Shown here piece after piece: positions 51,446 to 64,000 of a stretch of 64,000 nucleotides of DNA. The notes beneath the pieces were generated by a model that worked only from the letters and a program-made list of their open reading frames with translations, had not been told where the DNA came from and did no database searches. The stretch covers positions 62,001 to 126,000 of the forward strand of contig NIVC01002529.1 in the NCBI GenBank assembly GCA_002269645.1, read 5' to 3'. This DNA is from Macrostomum lignano. Taxonomy: Eukaryota. A program made the translations under genes and the position numbers. Numbering within the stretch: the first letter of the stretch is position 1; the number at the start of each line of letters is the position of its first letter.

Positions 51446-53063
51446 TGGGACTCTACAGGTGGCCACTTCAACTGCTGTCATAAAAATATAAGGCACCCTC
51501 TGTTCCGTCTCCTGTGATCCTCATTTTTTGTGGAATTATTATCCGCTCCTGTTTTATCCTTTCTTTTCTTTAATCTCCTCTATTTTCCGCTCGGTGGCGG
51601 ACTTCGGCGGAGCCCCCCCGATGCGACGATCCTTTCTTTCGCTTCTTTGTGTGTGTTTGTATTTTTTGGTATAGGTTTGCTGGAAATCATCTCTTTCGCA
51701 TCGCGCTGACTGGCTAGAGCTGGGGGGGTCTGCATGCAGAGCGGCGGCATCCCTCGGTGAGCAGAAACTGGGATTACACGCGCATTATGAGAGCAGTGCC
51801 GCGAGAAGCTCGAGGATTTAGACGGGGTGTGCTCGGGGCCCGAGTCCTCACTCCCAGCTCAGCTGAGCGGGGCCTCTCGCATCCCAGGGGAGAAGGACGG
51901 AGAAAGGATTATCCTGAGGTTGGGCGGCGGCTCGCTTGGTCGGGAAATCCCCCGGCGCAGAAGAATCCCAAATCCTCATCCCGACCCTTTGCCCAGAGTC
52001 CGGCCAGCTTTTGTCTAGTTTTTGTTTCGGACCGGCCTCATTATTTTTCTTCAAGGATTCTGCTGGAAAAATTCTGTATTTTTCCCCAGCCCTGATTTAC
52101 CTCCTCAGCTCTAAGTGTGGGGAGTCAATCAGCGCGAAAGCAGAAAAATCCGATGGCGCTGACGCGTTGGTTTTGCTTTTTTTCTTCTTTTAACTCCCCC
52201 AGCAAGCGATTATGAATTCAGAGAAGTTTTCCTGTAACTTTGGCGCAGTTTTCAACCAACTATAAGCGTCTTCACCTGGCGGACCCACTCGACTGCATCC
52301 TCTTCAAATCTGGAGAAGATTCTATGAAACTTTCATAAACAGCCGGCAGCCTCCTGAATAATAGGAGCTGAGCTTACAGGTGCAGGCGGGCACACTGATT
52401 TCAGCCCAGCAGCTAAGAAATCCCCGAGAGCTGAAGAAGCTTGGGAGCGGCGGCTTGTTGAGGCCAACTGCTTGCTTTTTTCTCTATAAGGTGCGACTGC
52501 ATTATTTTTGTTTCAAAGCTTGGCCTCTCTGTTCCGCTGCCGCGCTCTTCTTTCATTCTCTAGGGTTGGCCTCTTCAAAAATGGGGAATTAATTGAGAAA
52601 TAGCCTAAGCGAGAAAAGTTTGTACACGCGGCTCCATGGCACTGGCGACAGATCTGCATGGCTTCGGATTTCACTGCAGCTCTATGGGGACTGTGCCGCG
52701 GGAATCCAGCCTCGCTTTCGTCACGAATAGCCCCCCCCCCCCCTGTGTTTGCCCAGAGCGAGCTGAGAAGATCTCAGTGTGGGATTTGTCTTGCTTCTTA
52801 TAGCTCTGGAGAGAGAGAGAGAGAACCAGAACAGGATGGAGCCGAAACCACCAAGAGAACAGCAGCTCAGCTCCGCTCGGCTCAAAACTCTCGAGATCCT
52901 ATCGGCCAGAGTTGAGCGTCGGAATCTCCTTCGAGCTACAAACAGACTCAAATTCCCCCCTCCCTCTCTCACTATTCCTTATCACTTTTGCTGCTTCTGC
53001 TGCCGCTGCCAGCTTTCCCTTGGCTCTCATTGCTTTGAGCCACCAGACGGATGGCCGGGACAG

Positions 53064-53109
<46 letters not shown>

Positions 53110-54291
53110 TGTGTGTGTGTGTGTGTGTGTGCTGATCGAGCTGTCGGCACGCAAGATTCATTCATTCACCTCTTCTATACTTCCTTAGCAGCTGCAACGG
53201 TGCCAGACTGTGAGAAGGCGCCCAGCTGCCGATGAAGCATGCAGGGCAGGGGGGCTGGTAGGGAATGGGGGATGGCTCACTCTGGGATGAAGAGATGAGA
53301 GCGAGGAAAGGTGGCGAACAGAGTCTGCAGCAGCTGCAGTTGCCAGCCCAAACAGAAGCCACTGTCTTTAAACGCACTGCGCTGCGCCCGGTTATATAAA
53401 AATGTGAACGAAGCTTTTGCCTGGGAAAGTTTTTCTCCTGGCTCTGGTTTTTTTCTCGGAATTTAATCCGACCCCAGCTCAGGTGAGTAGCGAGCGCAGC
53501 GGGCGGTCTCAATAATTCAAAGCGTCAACACTGAGCAGTCGGGACCCAGGGCATGCAGAGTTTGGGAGACTCCTTGACCAAGGAGGTTGAGTGCAGAGTT
53601 CTATCCCTGGTTTCTGTCTGCCTCGGGCGCACCTGACGGGGATTGCATCCAATTTTCCTCACCTTCTTTACCTTTAAGTTTGGGGGGGGGGTTCAGAAGA
53701 GTCGCTGCCATGCGAAAATGCTAAAACTGAAACTGGGCTGACCCATTGCGCATTCTGCTAGAGTTTGTTCTCTCCTCAATACTCCATGCTAAACTGCCAG
53801 CCAAGAACAGCTGAAGAAGTCAAACTTTCGCTTCGAAGCCAAGCTCAAACATCCTGCTGCTCGCCGGTGATGGAGGGAGGCGGCCGCCAAACTCTTAGAG
53901 TTTGCAAACAATTGAGGGGTCGGTCGGTCGGCTGGGACGCGCGACGGGTGCCAGATTTTAGGGCTGGGGATTGGGGGGGTGGCGTTTGCATTCTGCCTGG
54001 TCTTCTAGGAGAGTCTGGAGTTCCGATATGGCCTCAGCTTCCTGCTTGCCTCATCTGCCTGGCACTTCTCCCTTCCTCTTTTGCCCTCTTCCTGCTGGAG
54101 AGGTCGCCTGAGCTTACACTTTGCGCGCGGTAAACAGAGGGACTGAGAGTGGAGCAGCATTTGAGCGTCTTTGTTTATTTAGCGGTAACTTTTTTAAAAA
54201 GCAAGCAGTCGATCTGTCAGCTGAATTTGGAATTTCTTTGGACCATGAGGCTCGACACCTGGTGTAGTCAGTCGTAATTTCTCAATATTTG

Positions 54292-54857
54292 TGCTCAGTG
54301 TTCTCGCTGAGACATCAGAGAGCCTCAGTGTTCTTACTGAGACATCAGAGAGCCTCGGTGTTCTCACTGAGACATCAGAGAGCCTCGGTGTTCTCACTGA
54401 GACATCAGAGAGCCTCGGTGTTCTCGCTGAGACATCAGAGAGCCTCAGTGTTCTCACTGAGACATCAGAGAGCCTCAGTGTTCTCACTGAGACATCAGAG
54501 AGCCTCGGTGTTCTCGCTGAGACATCAGAGAGCCTCAGTGTTCTTACTGAGACATCAGAGAGCCTCGGTGTTCTCGCTGAGACATCAGAGAGCCTCAGTG
54601 TTCTCACTGAGACATCAGAGAGCCTCGGTGTTCTCACTGAGACATCAGAGAGCCTCGGTGTTCTCGCTGAGACATCAGAGAGCCTCAGTGTTCTTACTGA
54701 GACATCAGAGAGCCTCGGTGTTCTCACTGAGACATCAGAGAGCCTCGGTGTTCTCGCTGAGACATCAGAGAGCCTCAGTGTTCTCGCTAAGACATCAGAG
54801 AGCCTCGGTGTTCTCGCTAAGACATCAGAGAGCCTCGGTGTTCTTACTGAGACATCA
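54292..54857 (+). repeat. 30-bp satellite, array 2 (same family as 50672)
   Basis: Same unit, about 19 homogeneous copies. Confidence 0.95.
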
Positions 54858-55432
54858 AAGAACGTCGCTAGTCCTAAAGCACCTGAACTCTTCCACAAAA
54901 TTCACGCATTCCAGCGGTTATTTAGCCAAAACAATTGAGCCAACTTCCATGACAAATGCAAAGATTTTTGTGTCACATGAGTGTGTCTGTGTTTGCAGTG
55001 CACGATTGAGGGTCTCACAAATTAAAAGTTCGGTTTTGCATTTATATATTTTTTATATTTATAGCAAGCGCGCTAGCGGCGCAACGTAGTAATATAAACT
55101 ATGTTATTGAATATATATGTTACTATTTGGATAGGCATATATGCTTCAAATGTGGGACAACTTTGAACAGGAGGACAAACCAACAAGCAAGCCGAAGGAA
55201 CTGAATTTTAAAAGAACAACAAAACTTTCCCAGTAAAGAGCTTTTGCAATTGCAGTTAAGTGTGATTTGACATCATTTTTTCATTGAAAAGAGAGAGAAA
55301 ACATGATGAGATTGCGCTGGGGTGTGGGAGGGTGCTCAAACACAAGCTTTTGTGCAACAATCATTTAGCGATAAGGATCAAAGAACTCGCGCAGACTGAG
55401 GTAGTGTGTACCCGCTGACCCCGCCAGGTCGT

Positions 55433-55625
55433 GCTGATTGGTCAGTGCTACCCTTGCACCAATGTGTCTCTAGGCCAGTGACTGGTCAGTGCTACCCCTG
55501 CACCAATGTGTCTCTAGGCCAGTGATTGGTCAGTGCTACCCTTGCACCAATGTGTCTCTAGGCCAGTGACTGGTCAGTGCTACCCCTGCACCAATGTGTC
55601 TCTAGGCCCGTGACTGGTCAGTGCC
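55433..55625 (+). repeat. 44-bp tandem repeat, about 4 copies
   Basis: GTGATTGGTCAGTGCTACCCTTGCACCAATGTGTCTCTAGGCCA. Confidence 0.9.
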
Positions 55626-56141
55626 CAGATATCATGAGTTAGTGTTTTTTTCAAACTAATCTTCAAGCCAATTACCAGTAAATGTGGCGACAAAATAATT
55701 ACTCATTGACAGGAGAAAAAGCCAATCTCATCAAGCAGACTGGAAAATTCTGGGAAAGGTCAACTCAGGTCCAACCAGACAGCAACAGTTCCAGCCATGT
55801 CGAGATTTGCACAGTGCCAAAGACGAAGCGTACAAATAAATCCAATGCTACTACTAAGTTTAAGTAGAAATTAGCGGATTTACTAATTCAATTCCCGATT
55901 GCCGCAAGCCCGCAGAGCAATGAAGATGTCAAACAGATGAATATTGCGTGGCAGGTGCTGTCTATAGGAGTTGGGAGGGACAGCATGCTCCGGTGCTTCT
56001 GCACTGCGAGTCTGCTAAATAGAATATCACGACAGTTCAGTAACAATCTAGGCAAAATTTTCCAAAGGATTCGCTCGGCAGCAAAGGCGGTGGTCCTGTC
56101 CGCAGAGGGCCTGTCTGTGAGAGGGTGCAGGGGGCCCCGGA

Positions 56142-59100
56142 TCACCAGGACTCGGTCGCTGCCGCCGATGATGTCGCCGCAACTGTCGCGACTGACGATG
56201 GCGGTGGCGGCGGCGGCGGCGGTGGCGGCGGCGGTGGTGGAGGCGCCGCGGGAGGCAGTCCGGAGCTGGGGCCAGCGCCCGAGGCCGGGTGGTCCATCGA
56301 AGGCGGCGGAGGCGGCGGCAGAGGCTGCAGATACGAATGCGGCGGCGGCGGCGGCGGCGGCGGCAGGCCAGGCGGAAAGTCGGGATGGCCAAAGAACTGC
56401 GGCCCGTCTGCGTGGGCGGAGGATTGGCGGATTTGTGCGTCAAAAAAAAGATGAAGAGGAGCCGCTCTAAGACAAAACTGCGGGCCCCTGGTACATGCGC
56501 TTCTTCATCCAGTCTGATGTTTTCTTTCAAAAGTGAGAAACAGCGCAAGCAGCAGGCGGCATTGGGCGGCCGTTTTGGCACCCCGGGTGTGGCGAGTTTG
56601 CATTCCAGAGCGCCGGAAACACTTCATACAGTATAGAGATCGCTTCTGGGAATCACTTCCCCGTCTTAGCGGGGCGTCCGGGCTGGCGGAATTAGGATCT
56701 GGGAGATTCCTTTTGGCGCGGACTGTCTCCGAGGGGGGAGGGGAATGGGCGATAAGCATCTGCCTACCTACCCAGGAATTGACAGGACGGGGGGGGGCTC
56801 GAGGCAAAGAAAAGGTTCGAAATCTCGTGCCCCAAAGTGTGGCCAAGGCGCTTCCCCTTTCGCCCGCTCCCCCACCCCCTGTTGCGCGCGTGTTGCAACA
56901 ACACAGAGAGGTGTCTGCTAGAGGGAGGCGGATTGCGGGCGTCGCAGAGAGCGCAGGTGACAGCGATTTGTCACCTCGGCCAGGCGGCCGGACAACTAAT
57001 ATTTGTCCTGCGCTGACACGGAAAGCAAAGGGACAGATTGTCCGGCGGGTGAGGGAGGGAGCTATAGCTTTGACAATGGTGAGACAGAAGATATATTGAG
57101 AGAGGGGGGGGGGGGGGCAGCGAGAGGCTGAGAAATTGTCGCCAACTGTCGCGGTTCGCTTGTCTCTCCTGGGGGGGGGAGTTCCTTAAGAAGCCCACTG
57201 TTGCAAAGTCTCTGTGGCGCGCGGTTTAGCCTCGACTGTAGTTCAGTTTTTCAGCTTCTAATCTCCTCCCATCATCAACTGTTGCTACGGACTCCGTTGG
57301 GCAGGGGTGGGGGGGGGAATTTCAGCTAGCGCGGACGAACCTGCGGCACGCGTCACCTCCTTCTCAGCAGGGGGAGGCCGTCAGCCCGCTGCTGACAAAG
57401 TTGCATCCCAAAGTAGAGAGACAGCCAACTAAATCCCCCCAGAAAACCGAAGGGCGTGTTGTATAGGGACACACGCGCTCGCTGCCGCCACTTGCCCATG
57501 GAAGCGGCCAAGCAGAAGGACTCCGATCTGGAGGGGTCGAGGCGATCGCCTCAAGCTCCTCTCGTCTGTCCCAGCCTCCCCCCTCCCACCCGGACTTGGG
57601 ACGAGCTTCTTTTCAAGTGAGAAAGACCGGCACCCCCGCCCGGCCAGCCAGCCAGCCATCGAATTGCCCAGGCAAGTTGCAGGCAGAGTCGGACAACTCT
57701 GTATGTGTGTGTTGTGTCTGTGTCTGGGCGAGTCTGTGTGTGTGCACCCAGGCTCCCGTCCCCCGAGACGGACTCCATCATCTGATGTAATCAAGCGGAA
57801 GGCCGACTGCCCCCAGCACCGCCGCGCTCTCTCACACACACACGCACACACACACAGCTCCATCGTGTCGCATGGAGCATTGTGTACAATCGAATTCCGC
57901 TTCGAATCCCTTATTATTCGAGTAGTCCTTGGCCACCCCCCCCCTCCTTACTTCTTATCGTGGTTGCTGCCGCAGGCTGAAATCCCGAACGGAGCTATTG
58001 ACACTGCCCGGCATTATACTTTCTCCGTGCCCTCTCCTCCCCCTTGGGGTCAGGTCTACGCGAGAACTGGGCAAAGCAGCTTTGCAGTGCGATAGACAAT
58101 AGCAACAGAATATTTCTAGAATAAAAGAAAGAATCAAGACCTCCTCCAAGGCAAATCTTTTAGCTTTATACACTTGTAGATAGGGCTTGACTCGACAGCC
58201 AGTCAGTCAGAGAGCAGGCAAGCTGCTGTTGGGGGGTGGAGTCGGGTAGACAAACCCTGAGCTAAAGCCAGGTGCCACTGACTATCTATAGGTCCCCGAG
58301 CTCCTGTCCCTCCTCCTCAATTGCGCCTATTCAAAGCCGACTTATGAGCTTTGCCGCTAAACCCTCACCACCCCACCCCAATAGTGATTGATTAGCAGTG
58401 TGTGGGCCAACACCTTGGCCGGGAGCAGTGGGATTGGCAAAAAATTTTAGGGAAATATGGGATTCAATTGCTTTGATAGAAATATAAATCACTAATAAAG
58501 TACAGATTAGAGCATCCAGAATATGCGTAGGTACTCACCGCCGTGCATGCCGGGCTCCATTGGGGGTCCTTGAACGCCTGGCGGCAACGGAAAATGCGGT
58601 TGAGCACCCGGATGGAAAAAGTGTTCGCCAGGGTGATAAACCGGCGAGTAGCCGTTGTAGAATTCAGCATTTTCTGCAAGGTTGCGTAGGCGATTATGTC
58701 TGTGGTAGCTATTGCCATGCTGTCTATGGTAGCTATTCCCATTCTGTCTATGGTAATTCCCATTCTGTCTATGGTAGCTATTCCCATTCTGTCTATGGTA
58801 GCTATTCTCATTCTGTCTATGGTAGCTATTACCATGCTGTCTATGGTAGCGATTCCCATGCTGTCTATGGTAGCTATTACCATGCTGTCTATGGTAGCTA
58901 TTCCCATGCTGTCTATGGTAGCTATTACCATGCTGTCTATGGTAGCTATTCCCATGCTCTCTATGGTAGCTATTCTCATTCTGTCTATGGTAGCTATTAC
59001 CATGCTGTCTATGGTAGCGATTCCCATGCTGTCTATGGTAGCTATTACCATGCTGTCTATGGTAGCTATTCCCATGCTGTCTATGGTAGCTATTACCATG

Positions 59101-61003
59101 CTGTCTATGGTAGCTATTCCCATGCTCTCTATGGTAGCTATTCTCATTCTGTCTATGGTAGCTATTACCATGCTGTCTATGGTAGCTATTCCCATCATGT
59201 CTATGGTAGCTATTCCCATGCTGTCTATGGTAGCTATTCCCATACTATCTAAGGTAGCTATTCTCACCCTATCCGACACTATTCCCGAACTAGCTCGAGC
59301 TCTTACCGAAGTAGCTGAAAGCCAGCAGTTCGCCGCTGTCGCCCATATCGTCAGGGCCCATGCCGGCTCGCAGCGCTCGCATTCGTCGGGGATTGCGAAA
59401 GAATCCGCGCCTGGCGCCCATGGCGCTTAACTGTTTCATGCGGCGCTCTTTGCTGCGCCGGTTTTGAAACCAAACCTGTGGCGAAAATACATGTAATAAA
59501 GTACAAAACTCAGTTGCGAATGTATAGAGCTATCACCCATACTAAATGGAGTGTGTGTGTGTGCGTGTGTGTGTTGGTGTGTGTGGTACAACACACACAC
59601 TGGGAGAGGTCACCAGCCCGTGTCAGATTTCGGAGCCCTCAAGTGGACCCTCCTCAACCATACTTAAGCGCGACTCGCCTAGATGGTAGCGGGTATTGGT
59701 CTCAGACCCTGCATGAGGACCCCCAAGGATTTAGGGAAGAGAGGAAGAGATAGGAAGAGAGTGAAAGCAGTCTTGAGCAGCTGGACTGGACAGGCGCTGT
59801 CGTCGGCACTCCCGTGTGACAGGCTGGGGGGTGCTGTTTGTCGAGGACTTGGCACACTCACCGCGGAGAGGCATGCAGGACAAGACAACGCGGATAGAGC
59901 GAGAGAGGAGAGGTGGAGAATAAATCTGACATCCTGCAGCCTCTCTCGTCTCCATCTTGCAGGGCTCAGCGTCCCTAGGAATTCCGGGGTAATTTCCGAG
60001 CTAAACGCTGCCGCCAGTCCCCCCCCCCCGTTTTTTCTTTGTTAAATTTAACCGGAACAAATTTTTTGAATGGAAAAGGAAATGGAAAATTTGGAATAAT
60101 AATAGTCGAATTGAAGGAAACCGCTCTTGACCCCCTGGACTTAGAAATTTCCCCTATAGTCCCGTTCCTGGTGCAGCTTCCAGCGTTGAAAAACCTGCAG
60201 TGGGGAGACTTTCCCCCCGGTTCCTTCCGCTCTTCTCTCTCTCTCTCTCTCTGCTCAGCGGGACCGCCTCTCGAGGCTGCCCGAGTTCAGCCCGAGGGGA
60301 GGTGCCGCATCAGCGACTCATCTATAAGCTCCTGCCGCTGTCGGTGGCTCCCACACCTCTGGCCGGCTTCTCAACCTCGCGACTCCCCTGGGAATCCCCT
60401 GGGAGACGAGAGAGAGCGGGGAGAGGAGCTACAGTTAGAGCCTTGATATCTTCGGCAAAACTTGAGTGCGCTGCTACTTCCTCGCCGGGCCTGTCTGAAG
60501 GTTCGTCACCTCCCGCCTCAGCAGATGCAAGCTCGTATACAATATAGATATTTGAGCACACAGCTGGCTAGACTCATTCCCTACCTGGATGACGCGCATG
60601 TTCAGCCCGGTCTCCTGGGCGAGCTGCTCCCGGATGTGTCGCGTCGGCTTTGGCGTAGCCGCGAAGGCCGCTTTGAGCGTCTCCAGCTGCTTGGCTTTGA
60701 TGGTCGTGCGCGGCCCCCGCCGCTTGCTGCCAGCCGCCTGCGGGCCGCCGCCTCCGCCGCCGCTGCCGCCGCCGCCACCGCCAGCGCCGCCGTTGCAGCC
60801 GCCGCTGCCGAGTTTTCCATCGCCGATGCCGTCGCCGGCGGAGCCCTGCGTGGATTCGTCGCCGGAGGCTGCCTCATCGTCGTCGCCAACGTCGTCGTCG
60901 TCCTCGCCGGACGCCTTCGGATCGACGAGATCGTCGAGGTTCAGGTCCAGCTCGCTCTCCTTGCTGCCGTAGTTGCCACCGAGGCCGCCGCCGCAGCCAC
61001 CAG

Positions 61004-61034
<31 letters not shown>

Positions 61035-61345
61035 GACTCCGCTCATGCCGACGAGGCCGAAGCCGCTGTTGGCTCCAGCGACTGCCGCGGCTGCGGAAGC
61101 GGCGGCGGCAGCTGCGGCGGCAGCGGCAGACGAGGAGGCCACCGCGCAGCCGTCCAGTCCATCGCAAGGCTCCGAGGAGTTGGGCGACGGCACGCCGACC
61201 GAGCTGGCCGAGTTATTGTTGTTGCTAAGCAGCTCCTCCTTTGGGCTGGTGGAGGCGGCGGCGGCGACTGCCATTGAGGACAGTGCGGGAGAGCCGCCGA
61301 CCACAGCGGGCAGACAGGCGGGATCGAATGCCGCCTCATCGGAGT
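56142..61345 (-). CDS. Lhx1/5: LIM-homeobox Lhx1/5 (Lim1/lin-11), 3' four-exon block plus homeodomain; 5' LIM exons outside window
   Basis: Exons 60585-61345, 59307-59475, 58539-58673, 56142-56407 join in phase. Homeodomain [48 protein letters not shown]|[33 protein letters not shown] matches Lhx1/5 rather than Lhx3/4. The protein ends ...AATESW*, like the terminal Trp of vertebrate Lhx1/5. Confidence 0.93.
58700..59270 (+). repeat. 24-bp minisatellite filling an Lhx1/5 intron
   Basis: CCATGCTGTCTATGGTAGCTATT(A/C), lying within intron 58674-59306. Confidence 0.95.
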
Positions 61346-61483
61346 CTGGCAGCGGAAGGAAATTGGGATTGAGGCTTGCAAAAATGAACGGGATTGTTTC
61401 AGTGCTGCTTGTTGCATTTCCTGCACCTTCGGAAAGAAAATCAGAGCAGCAATCTGGCTACAGGAAGAAGCCGCTTGCTCGGC

Positions 61484-61732
61484 CTCATTAGCTCATTAGC
61501 ATATTCATGAGAGAGATTTAACGGCTCCTGCCTTTTGCCGATACAGTTCGCCTTCTCTCTCCTCCCCCCCTGTTTTAAGGTCGATTTTTTGCTGTCACCG
61601 TAATGCGCCCGACCTCATTAGCATAATGCACGGGCCTCATTTGCCTGTTTTGAGTCGGGAAAATCTGCAACCAAGAATCGAAATTCCGCGCACCGCCTGT
61701 CAAAGGCGCTCGCATATGAAATTCAATAATGC
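61484..61732. promoter_or_regulatory. Candidate homeodomain/POU-site cluster in Lhx1/5 intron
   Basis: CTCATTAG at 61484, 61492 and 61614; CTCATTTG at 61636; also ATTAGCAT, ATATTCAT and GCATATGAAAT nearby. Confidence 0.4.
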
Positions 61733-63379
61733 AAGTTTTTTTTCACTCGCACTAACCCCGGGCCCTATAGAGCCAGCATAGCAACTAAAACTGCGGTGAT
61801 GCAATTGCGTTAGAAACCAGTCGGCTGCTTCAAACCTCTTGAATTATTATACAATCTGGAGAGCTATAATGCGGTAACAAACTTTACTCTGCGGCAGGCA
61901 TGCCAGCTATGGGAATCTGGCGGCTGCTCTCTGCAGGTGATGCGCGGGAGAGATAGGAGGCAAGGGACAAGAGAGATAAACAGAGAGAGAGAGGTAGAGA
62001 GAGAGAGAGAGAGTCTCCTGAAAACCCAGAGGCTCCCGCGGGCCACCCGGAACGGGAGCAGCAGCAGCCGCAGATTGAGAATCAAGCGGACACACACACG
62101 CACACGCACACACACACTAATCTCGCCAAGCCAGACCCCTCACCTCGATACCCTAAGCTATACTCGTACATGGGAAATCGATGCTCAAAGTGTGAGCTTC
62201 TGTCTGCGACTGGACCCTTCAATCTCTCCCTCTCTCTCCTCACTCTCTCTCTCTCGCGCGCGCTGCAGCTCAATCGTTATCGGACCGGGACCAGAGTTTC
62301 CCACCCCAGCTGGTTGGCCACGGCATGCGGTATATATTATCTTTAGCTAAGGGAAATTTCTGCCTTTTGGTTGGAAGCGCGCGTGTGCACGGTTGGACTG
62401 GCCCTGACTTGCTCGGCAACCCGGGCCCCGAGGCCCAGCAGCTGGTCCAGGCTGACTGCTCGCGCTTCAGTCGCCAATTATCGTTGTTGGTGCAACCTGC
62501 AATCTAAAACTATAGGGATGAAGGAGTAGAGAGGGAAAGGGGAAGAGGGCAACACAGATTTTCTTCTCGACTTGCTCCTGTCGGCGCGTTGCCAGAGCCT
62601 CTGTGTGCGCACACTTTCCCTATATTTATTGGGCGTCAAGATCTGTCATCGCAACACTTGACTTGACAACCGTCTGGAGGGAGATGCCGGATTGATATGG
62701 CGAAGTGACGTCAGCTGAAATATTTAGACGGCCAAGAAACCAATGGGTCCGAAGCTTAGCAAAACTAATTAGAATTAATCTGCAGGCAAGGCAAAAGCGC
62801 AGTGTGGCAGCCGAATCGACTTTACGGCTCGTACTATAAAGAAAAGCAGTATGCTACAATCTGCTTTTTTATGCCCCAAGCGAGAGGAGTGCTTGTTACT
62901 GTATAGTTTTCCGCCACCGCTGTGCGCCTTGCAATTTCCTTTTATTCACTGTTTTTCTTCTTCCTTCTTCTAGGAGCAGAGTTTTCTTCTTCAAAAAAAG
63001 TTAGAGAAGTCGCGCGACTCGCGGGCCTGAGACTCCAGTCATTTATGATCTCTCACGGGTTGGAATGAAAGCAGCTAAGGTAATTAATTCCATCACCTGC
63101 TGCTGGTCATAAATACATGAAAGTGAAAGCTGATACAGCCGCCCCGCCTCCTGTCGCACTCCCCTCTGCCTCTGCCTACTGTTAGAATCCAGAAACACAG
63201 CGGCAAAGGCGACACTAAATAAAACTGAGCGGCTCCTCCCATTTCAGTCGATCGCGTGGCACACAGCAAGTGGCGACTAAACTGGATTTTAAACTGGATG
63301 CTTGACTTTGGGAAAATTTTAGAAAAGGTCATTTTTAGGATATAGGACTGGTAGTTGGTAATGCTATTAGTCCCTAGAT

Positions 63380-63825
63380 AGGTCTGTTGAGTTGTCTCTC
63401 GGTACCTCTCCAGATCTTTCTGTAGATGCTTGGATTTCTATCTAGATATTTCTCTAGACATATCGCAAGTCCTTTATCTATATCTATAGATGTCTAACTA
63501 GATCTCTATATATTTACCTAGGTATCTAGATGTCTGTCTACCTATATGTCAAGATGTCTACCATATCTCTAGTTGCCTACCTACATCTCTAGATGCGTAC
63601 CTAGGTGTCTAGATGTACCTACACGGAATACCTCTAAATTTCTAGCCAGCTCTTTTAGAGGACTACCTATATATCTAGATGTGTACCTAGATCTCTGGAT
63701 ATCTACCTATATCTCTTTCTCTAGATTTCTACTCAGATCTTTTATATGATTTGTTATGAGTACCTATGTCTCTAAGTGTGTAGATATTTCACTAGATATC
63801 GCCCTAGAGTTCTTCTAGATCTCCA
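63380..63825. repeat. Degenerate TCTAGA/CTAGAT-rich low-complexity region
   Basis: Many imperfect ATCTAGAT(G/A)T(C/A)TACC motifs without a stable period. Confidence 0.5.
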
Positions 63826-64000
63826 AAACTTTATAAATCGACAACAAAAGTTACACTAGTTCGAAAAACGCCTCAAAGAGAAGGTTATGAGGAATTATCT
63901 GGGCTGCGAACAGTGGAGCAGACGGGCGGCACATCAGGCTTTCATGTCAGGCCGTCCCTTCTGCCTTCCCAATCCATCATGCCTCTATGAAACACAGGGA

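Noticed and set aside
45250-58450. Many short GC-rich ORFs downstream of Lhx1/5
   Set aside because: No recognisable domains, consistent splice chains or codon bias apart from the Lhx1/5 last exon; treated as non-coding.
58560-59430. His/Tyr/Gly/Ser-rich + strand ORFs resembling a structural protein
   Set aside because: Derived from a 24-bp intronic minisatellite antisense to in-phase Lhx1/5 exons.
60474-61304. Assignment of the homeodomain to Lhx3/4
   Set aside because: [43 protein letters not shown] and [10 protein letters not shown] match Lhx1/5 instead.
61346-64000. LIM-domain exons of Lhx1/5
   Set aside because: No Cys/His zinc-finger-spaced exon was found on the minus strand; presumably beyond the window.

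Overview
Eukaryotic (metazoan invertebrate) genomic DNA with spliceosomal GT-AG introns, GC-rich exons and roughly one third tandem repeat. The style resembles free-living flatworms such as Macrostomum (inference only). No prokaryotic features, rRNA, intact tRNA or CRISPR were found. Genes built by hand from splice sites: (1) two inverted paralogs of a secreted PAN/apple + C-type lectin protein (minus copy exon 1984-2424; plus copy 9937-11121 with a 1-nt frameshift); (2) an unrecognised 150-aa secreted precursor on the minus strand (17682-17982 + 15826-15977) with signal peptide, Ala-rich pro-region, KR site, 4 Cys and a terminal Gly, plus an inverted, SINE-bounded exon-1-only duplicate at about 5628-6798; (3) an 8-exon Doc2/rabphilin-type double-C2 gene (26833-33527); (4) a small single-pass membrane protein with PPxY motifs (about 43002-43912); (5) the 3' four exons of an Lhx1/5 (Lim1) LIM-homeobox gene (56142-61345, minus), whose LIM exons should lie beyond the window. 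Mobile DNA includes a tRNA-derived CORE-SINE family, a second tRNA-derived SINE family, a complete hAT-type MITE with 8-bp TSD and two foldback structures. Most long ORFs in the supplied track are artefacts of minisatellites.
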